Source: Veleropilina oligotropha (taxonomy: Eukaryota). From it: 64,000 bases of DNA. Location: NCBI GenBank assembly GCA_048128005.1, contig JBEUKZ010000060.1, positions 62,001 to 126,000 of the forward strand, in the 5' to 3' direction. The notes below the pieces were generated by a model. The model ran no database searches. It was given only the letters and a program-made list of their open reading frames with translations, and was not told the DNA's origin. The position numbers and the translations under genes were made by a program. Position 1 is the first letter of the stretch; each line of letters starts with the position of its first letter. This document shows, in pieces, positions 37,150 through 51,179 of the stretch.

Positions 37150-38660
37150 TAAGAGTCAACCGTTCAAAGTGTATGACTGGCTGAGGGAAGAAGATTTAGA
37201 GAGGGGAAATCAAAGCAGTAGAAAGAACAAGTGACGGCCTGAAGGTATTTGAAGTATTATGAATTCTGAACGAGATCACCGGCAGGAAGAACGCAAAGGC
37301 AGGCCATGCCATGTCAATGGATAGACTTCAGAGAACCATGTCAGGACATGATACAACCGTTTCAAAACCTGCTTGGTAACTCTCCAACTTTCACAGATGA
37401 GGAAGAAATGATGGAGGCTGTTCTTAATAACATCGATGTTGATGATGGCCTGTTCACTATGACAGAAGGTGAAACACTCCCTCATGTTAGGGAAAAGTGG
37501 TATTGCAAACTGCGGGATGGATGACATTAGTTTTGCAATAAGGCGTTTATGGTAAATGACAAACTGATGCAAAGTGGGCTATGTCATATATCATCCTTGT
37601 CTCCTAATCTGTCAACCTAACATCACCAGACAACTACCGAGATGCGAGTCTCGCATGTATCGTGGCTAAAGTGTACAATTGTCTGACTCTCAACAGAATC
37701 AGAGTCGTGATCTATCACAACCTACATCTTAATGATATAATAAGAATGGCTTCATAGAGTAGAGAACCACAGTCGCACAGATCTCGTCTCGCAGTAGAAT
37801 TATAGAGGATGTAAAAAATAACAACCTCTTTGTAGTACTTACCTTCATTGAATTTAAGAATGCATTCAATTTTATGATTCGACTTCATCCATCGGGGTAA
37901 ATGATCAAGATCTTGAAGGAATACCATATACCTTCCAGACTACTCAGAGCCACATACACCGAATCACTGCCAAAGTTGTCCAATGGTCAGAGAGAGTGAA
38001 CTATTTGAGATATTGGCAGCAGTCTTGCAAGGAGACACACTTGCACCCTTTCTATTCATTATTGTTCTTGACTATGCATCGATAAGTGCCCTGATGGATC
38101 ACAAAGAATGGTTCTTTACTATAACACCAGGAAACTCACGAAAAGTGGATATGGTTAATCTTGCAGATATTTAGTTTGTCGATGACGTAGCTATGCTGCC
38201 AGATCGAATCAACGAAGCATGGAAACAATTCAACAGAGTGGAGACAAAATGTGGGAACTCAATACTAAGAAGACTGAGTATATGGTGTTCAATGTCGGTG
38301 AGTGAGTATACGCATCTCTCAAAACCATGGCACTACCTCTTTCAAGAAGGTGGAAGACTTCAATTACCTAGGTGCCAGAACATATTGAAAGATATCAGGG
38401 TGCATAATTTAAAGAACATGCTTTGAAAGTTCTCCATGGCATGAATAAGATCTAGATCTCCGTGTTCTCCAATAAGCGGAAACTGAGATTTTTCCATGTG
38501 CATGTCGTGACGATCATGGTCTATGCAGGCATGAACTCTTTGAAACATTGAAAAGGACTCTCGATGGATGCTACACAAAATTGCACTGAAAGATGCAGGA
38601 TGTCTCATGGCGTTACCACATGACAAATGCAGAGCTCGACGACTGCATTCCACTGGTAAT
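37150..38660 (+). pseudogene. Heavily decayed RTE-clade LINE RT
   Basis: DNYR, F.NAF, VLQGDTLAPFLFIIVLDY, FVDDVA and DFNYLG motifs across frames. Confidence 0.8.
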
Positions 38661-38940
38661 TAAATATATCAAGTCTTGACAGTTAAGCCTTCGTTTTTTT
38701 AAAGATATGTTCAGTTCATTGAAGATAGGTTCAATGGAATTGAAGATAGGTTCATTCTAAATTGAAGATAGGTTCGTTGTAAATTGAAGATAGGTATAAA
38801 AACTGAAGATTATCATCAATTGAATTCAACATTTTTAATTATTTGTAGCTATTTTCAATTATTTGAAGAGCTAAAAAGTAACTAGTAAATAGGATGGTCA
38901 CAACATCAGTCTTTTACTTTTTTTGCAAATCTACACAGTA

Positions 38941-39084
38941 CACGATATGGTGGTCTGTCACAGTTCACGATATGGTGGTCTGTCACAGTTTACGATATGC
39001 TGGCCTGTCACAGTTCACGATATGGTGGTCTGTCACAGTTCACGATATGGTGGTCTGTCACAGTTCACGATATGGTGATCTGTC
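38941..39084 (+). repeat. 25-bp tandem repeat, ~5.7 copies (CACGATATGGTGGTCTGTCACAGTT)
   Basis: Directly visible; abuts and derives from the end of the Penelope fragment. Confidence 0.95.
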
Positions 39085-39340
39085 TTTCCTACAAGTAACC
39101 AAATCACTTCAGCTAAGTATTTAGAAACACTGCCAATAGTGGAGACTGTGGGTCGGAGAAATGTATTCTGTTTGTGTATTTTTGGAAGGCCAATATTATC
39201 AATGTGGAATTTCTTCCGCTCTGACATTATGAGTTGCACATGTAAATGTGTTCTGGTATCGTGTCTTCCTTCTTTCATTGTCTCAGGATATTTGGCAGTT
39301 TTGAGTCCTCAAGTTTCGTGTAGGTGTTTGTATCACTAAT
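39066..39340 (-). pseudogene. Penelope-like RT N-terminal fragment
   Basis: GLPKIHKQNTFLRPTVS...KYLA...LVGKTDHH motif. Confidence 0.85.
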
Positions 39341-39614
39341 AAAGGCGAGTACACGTACACGTATTTAAGTTTTATAATCACTCAAATTAAGAAAAAATAA
39401 GGCCCTGCTTTTGTTAGATGGCATAATTTGTATGGATGAATCTTCCTTGAGCTTTTGGAAGGTTTTTATCCCCTCCATGGAAATGTTTGGACTTGAGGGT
39501 CTTTTTTTGTGGTGCTAGTGATGGTTTTGTTTTCACTACATAAGCTTTACTCAATGGATCGAGATTGTAACATTTATGCTGATTCAGTAGCCGTGATGTA
39601 ATCATCTACTGGTA

Positions 39615-40650
39615 ATTACCCTCACCTCCGGAGGAGAGGCGAGGGTATTGCAATCTGTTTCGTATGTATGTATGTCCGTATGTTTGTATATATGTATGTC
39701 CATTCGCATAGCTCAAAAACTATTGATCCGATTTACACAAGGTAGGGTTTCTCCCTGGCTCGGTCCTCCTCGAAGATGGTCCGGATTGTGACCTGGGTTC
39801 GGATTTTATGACGCAATATCCGGTTTACAGGTTTTCGGCTGTAGCGTTATAATCATTATGCTTCATCGTACAAGCATCAAAATAGACACAAAATGTTCTT
39901 TTGATCAGGGACAAATGACAACAGAATCTATCTTACACAAGATGGTCGCCAGGGGGATTTAAAATTAAAAAAATGGGGTAAATTTCTAATTTCGCCAAAT
40001 CGAATTAAATTGTGTAAATTCGTGATGCAAATCATAGTCATGATGAAATGATATTGATATCAGCAAAAATATTTAGAAAATAATGTGAAATGTGAACTTT
40101 ATAAGCAATTTAGAAATCAACCAACGCAAATTGCAAATAAATGCCATAAATATATAACAACTGAAACCAGACAAGTCAAAATCGTCGAGACGTTGTGATA
40201 TTTGTGATAGTTCTTTAAATACTGCTAAAGCCGTGATATAATTTACACCATTAAGCAAGGTTACCGTAATCTATCTTTCTTGAAAATTTCAGCTATGTCG
40301 CTTTAGTAACTATTGAGTTATTGTCAACTTCGGCAAAATTCAAAAATGTAACACCAAATATAAATAGCCTAAGTTAGCCATAGTAATTCAATTGTCAGTA
40401 TGGCGCAAACGGTTAAGGCGTTTGGAGAAAGATATAGCGGTCAGGTGTTCGTTTCCCGTTCGTTACCTCCAAAATAATTTTTTTTAATTTTTATTTACAT
40501 GGTGTTATTCCTTATTTTTTTCATAATTTGTGATTACATTTTTATGATTGTAAGTCATGTTTAGAAATATTGATCGTAGATATTTCAGACTTTCACCATC
40601 ATCTTCCTTGGCCCCGTGGTGAGGGTTTGCAATCTCCTCTGATTGCTATG
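39615..40650 (+). mobile_element. HINE-like element
   Basis: ACCTCCG...GGCGAGGGTATTGCAATC head with GTAT microsatellite; end GAGGGTTTGCAATCTCCTCTGATTGC. Confidence 0.55.
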
Positions 40651-40787
40651 TGTTACTGCAACGTTCTTCTGGGCCACTTTGTTCTAATACCTTGGTTCAT
40701 ATGTCTAACTGACGGTCAATAACATTTGCAATGCACCTTTTTTGTCAGCTGTCCTATTACTATCAACAATTCTCTGATAGAGTTTTC

Positions 40788-42228
40788 TTGATGCCCCCAC
40801 AAACGAAGTTTAGGGGGAGCATATAGGAATCGGCTTGTCTGTCTGTCTGTTGCAAATTCCTTTCCGCTCCATATCTCGGACACTATTTGACCGAAGGACA
40901 CGAAACATGATGTGTGCATGCGTCATAACCCAGATGTGTCGCGCACCAATAGTAGGTCACCATGACCTAATTTCATGCTTGACTGCACTGAATCCAAAAT
41001 TCCCTTCCGCTCCATATCTCCCATACTATTTGACCGAGAGACATGAAACTTGATGTGTGCATGCGTCATAACCCAAAGTTGTGTCGTGTACCAAAAGTAT
41101 GTCACCATGACCTACTTTTCATGCTTGACTGCATTGAATCCAAAATTCCCTTCCGCTCCATATCTCCCATACCATTTGACCGAAGGACACGAAACTTGAC
41201 GTGTGCATGCGTCATAACCCAAAGGTGTGTCGCATACCAAAAGTAGGTCACCACAACCTACATTTCATGCTTGACTGCCCTGAATCCAAAATTCCCTTCC
41301 GCTCCATATCTCCCATACTATTTGACCGAGAGACATGAAACTTCATATGTGTATGTGTCATAACCCAAAGGTGTGTCCCATACCAAAAGTGTGTCCCATA
41401 CCAAAAGTAGGTCACTGTGACCTACTTTTCCTGCTTGATCACAATTGGTCCAAAATTCCCTTCTATATATCTCCAATACTATTTGACCGAGGGACATGAA
41501 ACTTCATATGTGTATGCGTCATATCTGAAAGGTATGACACTATTTAACCAAGGGACACGAAACTTGATGTGTGCATGCATCATAGCCCAAAGGTGTGTCG
41601 CGTACCAAAATTAGGTCACCGCGACCTACTTTTCATGCTTGACCACTGAATCCAAAATTCCCTTCCGCTCCATATCTCCCATACTATTTGACCGAGAGAC
41701 ATGAAACTTGATGTGTGTATGATTCATTACCCAAAGGTGTGTCGCATACCGAAAGTAGGTCACTGCGACCTACTTTTCGTACTTAACCGCATTTGGTCCA
41801 AAATTCCCCTCCGCTCCATATCTTCCATAATATTTGATGAAGGGACACGACACTTGATGTGTTTATGCGTTATAACTCAAAGGTGTGTCCCGTACCAAAA
41901 GTAGGTCACCGCGACCTACTTTTCCTGCTTGACCGCATTTTGTCCAAAATTCCCTTCCGCTCCATATCTCCAATACTATTTGACCGAGGGACATGAAACT
42001 TCATATGTGTATGCGTCATATCTGAAAGGTATGTCGTGTACCGAAAGTAGGTCACCACGACCTGTAACTTTCCACACTTGACCGTATTCAGTCTAAAATT
42101 CTCTTCCGCCCCATATCTCATACTATTTGACTGAGGGACATGAAACTTCATGTGTGTATGTAACAGCCTGTTCCTGCTTCAAACGCTTTCGTGGGGGCAT
42201 ATGATCACTCCTGTGATAGCTCTAGTTT
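40788..42228 (+). repeat. HINE family C with ~9 tandem ~140 bp units
   Basis: Head ATGCCCCC...TAGGGGGAGCATATA plus CTGT repeats; unit CCAAAATTCCCTTCCGCTCCATATCTC; end GGGGGCATATGATCAC...GTGATAGCTCTAGTT. Confidence 0.85.
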
Positions 42229-42289
42229 GATTTTGTTGTTCTCGACTGTTGAAACTTGTGTATAGCAGTTTTGACAGTCCTGGGGTTTC

Positions 42290-42525
42290 GTTTGCAGAAT
42301 TCGAAAATTAGTGGTTTGATTCCGCAGACACGAGCAGTAGAGGTTCGAACCTCGATTGGGACATGGCATTATTTGTTCAAGTTATGAATCGCAGTTGTCC
42401 ATAACAAGTCGAAGAGGGCGAGTTTCCCAAGGAAACCGGGCTTTCCTCCCGAGATAATATGGACATATCCTGCTTTGAACTTGGTTGGAAATATACATGA
42501 CATTAAGAATTGATCCTTTCCTTTC
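42290..42525 (+). mobile_element. Diverged tRNA-derived SINE
   Basis: TTTGTTCAAGTTATGAATC, GAAGAGGGCG and TTTCC tail. Confidence 0.8.
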
Positions 42526-44532
42526 ATTTTCAAACTTGTGTATTTGCTTTCTTTTCGTTTCTTAAAGATGGTTGTTCGTGCTTGCGCAATGTGTTCTTTC
42601 ACGTGTGTATCTTCTCCTGTTGTTAGTTGTTGTCATTGTGACAACTTGTGGTTGTTTATCAATTGCCTGATGAAGACGTTGCGATAGCGTCAAAATCTCT
42701 GCTTATCGCAAATCTTCGACTTTCAGCTGGTAAATGTAATATTATGTCTGTTCTGGAATCGAATACCAACATTCATGGATATATGTAATATACATTGAAA
42801 TTTTTGGGGCTGGTATGGAGGGCTTTTGTCGTGGATTTGCATCTGTCGTTGTCTTTGTCCGCACAGAGGAATTACCACTGGACCTAAATCATACTTGACA
42901 TACACCTAATCATGTCAAGGACATTTTTGGACATTATAGCCTTATGTCACTTGATAGTGTTTTCGGTCACAAACAAGAGGAACTTCTGGAGTGCCAACAT
43001 TCATACCAATTGCATATACTTTTTATACCAGTTTGCCTTTCCCAATTCATACCAATTGCATATACTTTTTATAACAGTTTGCCTTGCCCAATTCTGATGA
43101 TCAGGTCACTGGGTAAAATGTAATATGACATGCATTTCTATGAAGAATTTTCTGTTGCAATGATAGACTAGTGAGCATTAGCTTTGATATATATTCAACA
43201 TTCACTTGCATTGACATTGTGTACCATAATATTTGGAACAAGATCGAACATGAAGGTTAACATTATACTAGCTTTAACCCATGCTCCGCACGGCGAAATA
43301 TTTGCTTCATGTTGATCGTTCAACTTTAATATTTAGTTAACATTAGGTTGCGTTAGCTAACGTTCGCTACAATAGTCAATTGAACTCGCTCTTGCACCCA
43401 GTGAACCCAACATGCATGGACACTCCACCCTGGTTCTGGTTGAATAACACAAAAAATGTGAGATCTAAAGTTTTTGAATTTTTCCTATTGGCAAACTCGT
43501 CACTTTGACACCAAGATGTCAAAGATCTGTCTCTCGGTGATGGAGACATCCCGGCTTATAATAATAATAATAATAATTAAAGCTGCTAGCAGCTGTGCAG
43601 GGCTTCAAGTTAGAGCCATGTTATCGCATTAATTAGTTGAACACAAAACACACCTAAATTTTTTAGAGTTTTTCGAATTTTTTTATTATTTCCATTCAAA
43701 ATATCTAAGCTCTAGCATCAATATTAACCGAGTTGGCCATTTCGTGACCATTTTCTGGCAAAAATAGGGCGTTTCCCTTAATTAGGTCATTTACTGCAAT
43801 GTAGGTCAACTGAGGTCAAAGGTCAAGGTCACATGTGAAAGATGAACCATGACTTCCCATAGGCTCCCCATAGTAACTATGTGTCTGCGGTGCATCCTTT
43901 TTGATATATTGCCACTTGAAACAAATGCTTTAATGGCCGGCGAGGCACTTCTTGTTTTTCGATTTTATCACGTAAATTTGATAAATGTCGACTACAGACA
44001 TCAATAGTAGTTCTCTTGAACCACTATGGGCACACATGTATGCATTTTTCCTTAATTAGGTCATTTCCTGCAATGTAGGTCACCTGAGGTCAAAGGTCAA
44101 GGTCATTTTCGAAAGCCCACCCATGACTTCCCATAGGCTCCCCATAGTAACCATGGGTCTACGTTGCATCATTTCCAAGATATAGCCATTTTAAATTGAT
44201 TTCACTATGGCCGCCGGTTAAATTAAAAATTTAAAAATCCACTCTCATGACATTTTTGACAAGCGACTCTGGCATCCGAATATACTAATCATGTCCCGCT
44301 AGGTTAAATATTAACAAAGTTATAAAAGAAGCTAGTTTATGACGTAATTCAAGATGGCCGCCAGACTACTAGCGCCATGAAACTTGAAAATAGAACGAGG
44401 CAATGCTTCAATGATGTGCCCAAGCACACATGAATTTTGAAAGCTGTAGCTATAGCCGTTTTCGCCCTAAAGTGCCCACAAAAAAACGTCAGAATAAGAA
44501 TAATAACCGGTACAATTTCAATAGGGCTTCAA

Positions 44533-46570
44533 GCTAATAATATCTTTATTTTAAGAGGGAGAACAGTTAGTTTACAAAACCAATCTTCCCCGAGTCCCTC
44601 TATATTACACTATGAGATAACTATATACATTGACTATGGTGACTACACTACACTACAATTATGTATTACATGTATTAGCACAAAAATTAAATAAGAATAT
44701 AAATATAATGTAATAATAATACAATGATATAAGAAATATAAGTAAAGTTTGAAGTACATGTAATCAATAATGGAAATAGCATATTATTTACATTGATATT
44801 ATAAAGTATTTTGATAATCAGACTATAGGCATATTTATTGTAAGTACATCACCAATTTATGTTTAAAAGTGTGAACATTTTCTAATGATTTTAGTTTGTG
44901 TGGAAGACTGTTCCAGAGTTGAGCCCCTGCATAGGAAAATGTTCTCTTCATGGACTCAGTTCGTGGCTTTGGCAGATATAATTGATTGTTAGCTACATGC
45001 AGACCTCATATTTCTGTTGTTATGTTCTTGCACAAGATGAAAAGGATTGGACAAGTAACTTGGTGTTAAGTTATTAATTGCCTTGTACATTAATATTGCC
45101 ATGTGAAGCTTGACTCTGTCTGAAAATTTCAACCAACCTAATTTTACAAAAAGATTTGCACTTGGGGTGTCATATGCCTCATTTAAAATAATTCTTGCTG
45201 CACGCTTTTGAAGTCCTTCAATTCGAGAGATACATGTTACGGCAGCGTTCCCCCCACACTGTACAGCAATATTCCATTATTGGAAGTATGTAATTATTAT
45301 AAAAGAGCTTCCTAACATTAAATGGGAGATATTTCTTAATTCTGCGCAACAAGGCAATTCTTGATGACACCAAGGAGCAAATATAGTCAATATGAACTTT
45401 CCAGTTTAGGTTGTTATCAAAATATACGCCTAAAAGTTTTTCAGAGGATGAGGATATGATACTCTTCCCATGAAGCGAAAGTTCTAAATCTGATTGCAAA
45501 CGACTTATTTTCTGATTACTTCCTATAAGCATAGCTTTTGTTTTTTCAATGTTTATTTTCATACCATTGTTATTACACCATGTATTAACACTTTCTAAAT
45601 CTGTTTTAAGATTGTGTTGTATGGTATTAATATCTGGTCCAGAAGAATGCAGAGTAGCATCATCTGCATATAGTTCTGTACTACATTCTTTAATGCTTAA
45701 TGGAAGGTCATTGATAAAAATTATGAAGAAAATAGGTCCAAGAATTGAACCTTGGGGAACACCACAATCCAGGCGTGTTAAGTTAGACTGGCTATTTCCG
45801 ATGCAAACTTTCTGTTTTCTGTTAAATAGATATGAATGAAACCATTTCAAAGATGATGAACTAACCCCATAGAGGTCTAATTTTTTAATTAGTAATTCAT
45901 GATCAACTAGATCAAATGCCTTTGTTAAATCAATAAGTAGAGCTCCAGTTAAATTTCCTTTGTCCATTTCTTGTAACCATACATCTGTTATTTTAGTTAA
46001 AGCGGTTTGACATGAATGTTTTTCTCTGAAGCCTGACTGGGAAACGTGCAATAATTCATGGTCATTTAAGTAGGTTTGAAACTGTTTACCAACATGCTTT
46101 TCAAGAATTTTGGAAATTGTGGGAAGAATAGAGATAGGACGGTAATTTTCACATTTCATTTTACTTCCTTTTTTGTGAATTGGTATTATCCTAGCACATT
46201 TTAGTTTTTGTGGAAAAGTGGACTTACAGAGGCTAAGGTTGAATATGTATGTTAAAGATTGAGCCAGAAATCTGGCTGAAAGTTTTAAAATTTTGGAACT
46301 GTTCCTGTAGGTTGCTTCATTTTGGATATTTCTCTTAACACATTCCACATATTTTTTACATCGTCTTTATTTTCAACTGCTTTTTTTACATGCATCTTCT
46401 TGGATGTTATAATAAGGTGTTTACATTTATTAAGCCATATCCTATAGTTAAAGAATTCTTGTTTCCTCTTGTAATAATCTCTTTTTAAACATGCCTCCTT
46501 GATGTCATCATTAAACCATTCTGGTTGCTTGTATCTTTTCACACGCTTTGTTTTCATAGGGGCGTACACC
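44533..46570 (-). mobile_element. 5'-truncated L2/CR1-group LINE
   Basis: ORFs 46285..46569 and 45218..46348: NYRPISILP, DLTKAFD, GVPQGSILGP, YADD; the 3' stem-loop and AATAAA match the 12657-12712 end. Confidence 0.95.
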
Positions 46571-47409
46571 AGCTGCTTATTTATATATAAGATGAATTTT
46601 ATTCAAAAAGATACTACCTGTCATTACTCTTATATCATCATCTTTGCGGGTGAATAAAGTGGAATTTTTTTATTAACCCCAGCTTAAAAAAATGCTGGGG
46701 TTATTGTCATCGGGCTGGCGGTTGGATGGACTATAGCTGGCTGGCGGAGAATTTGTCTGGATCATTATCTCGGCTTGTATGTATGTCAGCTTAACGAAAC
46801 TTAGTATGCTAACTCACCTTGACATATCCTAGCGCATGGAGATATAATTTTCGGTACTTCCCTACAGATCCGGCTTTTATACATATTTAAGGAGCTCCGG
46901 CTTGTATTCGTCTTAAATTTTCACACTCTGCGTATTATCTGCCTTGTCAATTTCCAAATAAAATACAATGTTGCCCTGTATGGCATTATGGTTAGGTAAG
47001 CAGGTTTCGCTAATCGTTGAAAATATAGAATTGAATTAGGGTTAGGTAAGCAGGGTTCGCTAATCGTTGAAAATATAGACTTGAATATTGTTTTTATTCA
47101 TAATATGAATGAAAACGTACTGGTAGCATTCGATGTAAAGGAGATGAAAAACCGGATTTCCAAAGTTGAGTAAAAGCCGGAGCTATGGGGAAGTACTCAA
47201 AAAGCGCCTAATTTTCTGTATATGACCTTTGACCTTGCCGTTGTGACCTTTGATACAAAATCTCGGATGCAAGTTTTGTCCGAACAATATCTCGAATACT
47301 ATGCATGCCAGCTTGATGAAATTTGGTATGCTAACTCTCCTTCAGCCACCCTAGCGCATTGCGACATGATATTACGTGTGCAACATTTGAATTTGGCAAC
47401 ATTTTACAT

Positions 47410-48708
47410 TTTTATGCCCCCGGCTCGACTTTAATCGGCCGGGGGGGGGGGGGGGCATTATGCTTTTGGTCCGTCCGTCCGTAACAGATTGAACTCACCT
47501 ATCTTTTTGATGTTAATCATGAGCGATCTTCATCAAACTTAATCATGAGCGATCTTCTTCAAACTTAATATGCTATTAGATATAAGTATGAACTATCATG
47601 AGTTCGAATGTTGAATGAAAATATTGATATTTTACTACATTTTTGAACATAGTCTCTGGAGCTTCATTTCTGATCTCATACTATAAGAAACTCACCTGCC
47701 TTTTTCCATGTTAATCAATAGCCATCTTCTTCAAACGTCATAAGCTATTATATATAAGTATGATCTATCATGAGTTTGAATGTTGAATACAAATATTTAT
47801 TTTTTACTACATTTTTTACGTTTTTGAACATAGTCTCTGGAGCTTCATTTCTGATCTCATGCTATAAGAAACTCACTATCTCTTTTTACGTTAATCAATA
47901 GCCACCTTCTTCAAACTTCATATGCTATTATATATAAGTATGAACTATCATGAGTTCGAATATTGAATGAAAATATTTATTTTTTACCACATTTTTTTAC
48001 GTTTTGGAACATAGTCTCTGGAGCTTCATTTCTGATCTCATGCTATAAGAAACTCACCTACCTTTTTCGATGTTAATCAATAGCCACCTTCTTCAAACTT
48101 CATATGAGGCTGCTTCGGCCACGCAATGGGTAAGAGTGTCCACTCTAAATTCACTGGCTTGATTCCGCTAATGCGAACGGTGGTGGGTTCAATACCTGGC
48201 TGAGACATTGACATTTGTTCAAGTTATGAATCACAGTTGTCCACGACTGGCCGAAGAGGGCGGGTTTACCCGGGAGACTGGGGTTTCCTCCCACGTTAAC
48301 ACGGACATGTCCTGCCTTGAACCTCGATGTTGTAAATATACAGGATATTAAACATCATGAGTTCGAATATTGAATGAAAATATTTATTTTTTACCACATT
48401 TTTTTACGTTTTTGAACATAGTCTCTGGAGCTTCATTTATGATCTTGTGCTATAAGAAACTCACCTATCTTTTTTACGTTAATCAATAACCACCTTCTTC
48501 AAACTTCATATGCTATTATATACAAGTATGAACTATCATGAGTTCAAATGGTGAATGAAAATATGTATTTTTTACTACATTTTTTACGTTTTTGAAATAG
48601 TCTCTGGAACTTCATATTTGAATTCATGCTATAAGAAACTCACCTACCTTTTTCGATGTTAGTCAATAGCCAACTTATTCAAACTTCATTAGCAATTATA
48701 TATAAGTA
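47410..48708 (+). repeat. HINE family D with ~180 bp tandem units
   Basis: Head TTTATGCCCCCGGC...GCCGGGG(n)CATTA plus CCGT repeats; unit GAACATAGTCTCTGGAGCTTCATTTCTGATCTCATGCTATAAGAAACTCACC. Confidence 0.85.
48108..48356 (+). mobile_element. tRNA-derived SINE inside the family D array
   Basis: Full head and core; no TSD; about 23 bp of the host unit are missing at the site. Confidence 0.85.
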
Positions 48709-48744
48709 CTAGCGGGTACTGTAAACGGGTGATTTTGATAAAAT

Positions 48745-48984
48745 CCCCCATTTCTTGCTCTCCTTTTCACCCCCCTCCATATTGCGCCCCACCTCCCCCC
48801 CCCCCCCCCCACTTTACTCCCGCGCACACACTTTACCCCACCAACTTCCCCCACTCTTTACCCCCTACATTTCTCGCCCCCCCCCCCCACTTTCCCCCTC
48901 CATTTCTCCGCTCCCACTTTACCCCCCCCCACACTTTGCTCACCCTCCACTTTACCTCCCCATTTCCCCCCCCCCCCCCCCCCC
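48745..48984. repeat. C-rich low-complexity tract
   Basis: Many C runs of 4-19 nt separated by ACTTT/ATTT spacers. Confidence 0.9.
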
Positions 48985-49617
48985 AACTTAGAGAGGATAC
49001 CTCAGCGGCTTTTGTTCAAATCTTCTTGATGCGAATTTACATTTGAGGTGGAACTTCCCGTTATATACAATAGCTTCCAATGCAGCCGTTCACGCTAAAA
49101 TTATGCTGTGATTGAAACTATTATCTAATAATTGTAATACTTTATTCTGCATTTTAACTTGCGAATCATCAAATGAGTAGGGGATAAATACGCACAATAT
49201 CCCATTTGAAGTTTCTTTCTTATGTAAATTTAGTAACGAAGCGGAATCAGCATCTTTAATTAATTAACAAGGCTTCGCAAGTTTTGGAATGCCTGTGCAA
49301 ATGCTTTGTGCACTGTATACTTACGCTCAGCAGAATGATAGAAAAACAACATCATCTTTTTCCTTTTATAATGTTTATGAACAGATATAGTGATGAAGCA
49401 TGAATGGCTTGAACATATACCGGGGGCCTCTGCAGTGTCGGTAGACACATTTCTAGTTTTATTTCTGAATTTTTTATTATTTTTCATCCAATCTTTTACA
49501 TGATGGATAGCTAGCACAGTATTTAACCACTGCAACTGGCAACGTCAAGATCACATATTTTATATAGCAGTCTGATTGCTATATAAGACTGGGGTTCCTG
49601 ACAGCTCTGCGTCTCTA

Positions 49618-50775
49618 TTTTTATGCCCCCACCAATTTATTGGGGGTGGCATTTAGATTTACCCTTGTCCGTCCATCCCGTCCCGAAAACCAGTATTGCG
49701 TGCAAGTAACTTCATTCTGCTATATCTTCCATCTGCCTACATGGATTGACTTGATACTTCATACACTTGCTTATCATCATTCATACTTCGCTTCTGCGAC
49801 CCACCCATGTTGCCCCTATGCCCAAGGTCAAATGACAAAATTATAGCTCTTCGAACCAGTATTTGCATGTTAGTAACTCCATTCTGCTATAACTTTCATC
49901 TGCCTTCATGGATTGACTTGATACGAATCATACACTTGCTTATCATCATTCATACTTTGCTTTTGCGACCCACCCATGTCGCCCCCTATGCCCAAGGTCA
50001 AATGACTTAGCTCATCGAACCAGTATTTGCGTGCGAGTAACTTCATTCTGCTATAACTGCCATCTGCCTTCATGGATTGAGTTGATACTTCATACACTTG
50101 CTATCATCATTCATACTTCGCTTCTGTGACCCATCCATGTCGCCTTTATGCCCAAGGTCAAAATTAATGACGTAGCTCTTCGGACCAGTATTTGCGTGCA
50201 AATAACTCCATTCTGCTATAATTTCCATCTGCCTTCATGGATTGACTTGATACTTCATACACTTGCTTATCATCATTCATATTTCCCTTCTGCAACCCAT
50301 CCATGTCGCCCTATGCCCAAGGTCAAATGACTTAGCTCTTCGAACCAGTATTTGCGTGCTAGTAACTCCATTCTGCTTTCATGGATTGACTTGATACTTC
50401 ATACACTTGCTACTTCATACACTTGCTATCATCATTCATACTTCGCTTCTGTGACCCATCCATGTTGCCTTTATGCCCAAGGTCAAGGTCAAATGACGTA
50501 GCTTTTCGGACCAGTATTTGCGTGCAAATAACTCCATTCTGCTATTATTTCCATCTGCCTTCATGGATTGACTTGATACTTCATACACTTGCTTATCATC
50601 ATTCATATTTCCCTTCTGCAACCCATCCATGTCGCCCTATGCCCAAGGTCAAATTACTTAACACTTCGAACCAGTATTTGCGTGCTAGTAACTCCATTCT
50701 GCTATAACTTCCATCTGCCTTCATGAATTGACTTGATACTTCATACACTAGCTTATCATCATTCATACTACCCTA
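49618..50775 (+). repeat. HINE family B head plus ~7 tandem ~160 bp units
   Basis: Same head and unit as 6140-6958. Confidence 0.85.
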
Positions 50776-51179
50776 CTTAGTCCAGCGGCTAGGTGACATT
50801 TTTTTAGCTTGATTGTTCACATTGTGTTACAAGCATGAACATTGCCATATATGTTCATCAGTGTGGTATAAATGATTTTAGATATGGAGGCATTTCGAAA
50901 TAAATTTATATATGTTTATTTTAGCTCTTGAACTTTACTCTATATGGTAACATAATTTTTTTTGCGGAAAACATCACGTGGCCAAGTATATATATTATTA
51001 TTTTAGTGTGTAATGTGTTATATATGTAATCTCTAATGATTCTAGATTTTATCAGCGTATATTAAATACTTCTACTGTTTATAAAAAATGTTTTATCACC
51101 TGCAACATGCTAACAGTGTCACCTAAAGCATACATGTTTTTTAAGAATTATGATTGTCTCCCTTTGTTAATACCAAGTA

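Noticed and set aside
38941..39084. CRISPR-like regular repeats (also 31356-31438)
   Set aside because: Units are head-to-tail with no unique spacers, there are no cas genes, and the context is eukaryotic.
40398..40468. tRNA-like sequence with A- and B-box traces
   Set aside because: Acceptor and anticodon stems do not pair; probably a decayed SINE head inside a HINE.
48729..49046. Proline-rich ORFs
   Set aside because: Artefact of the C-rich tract.
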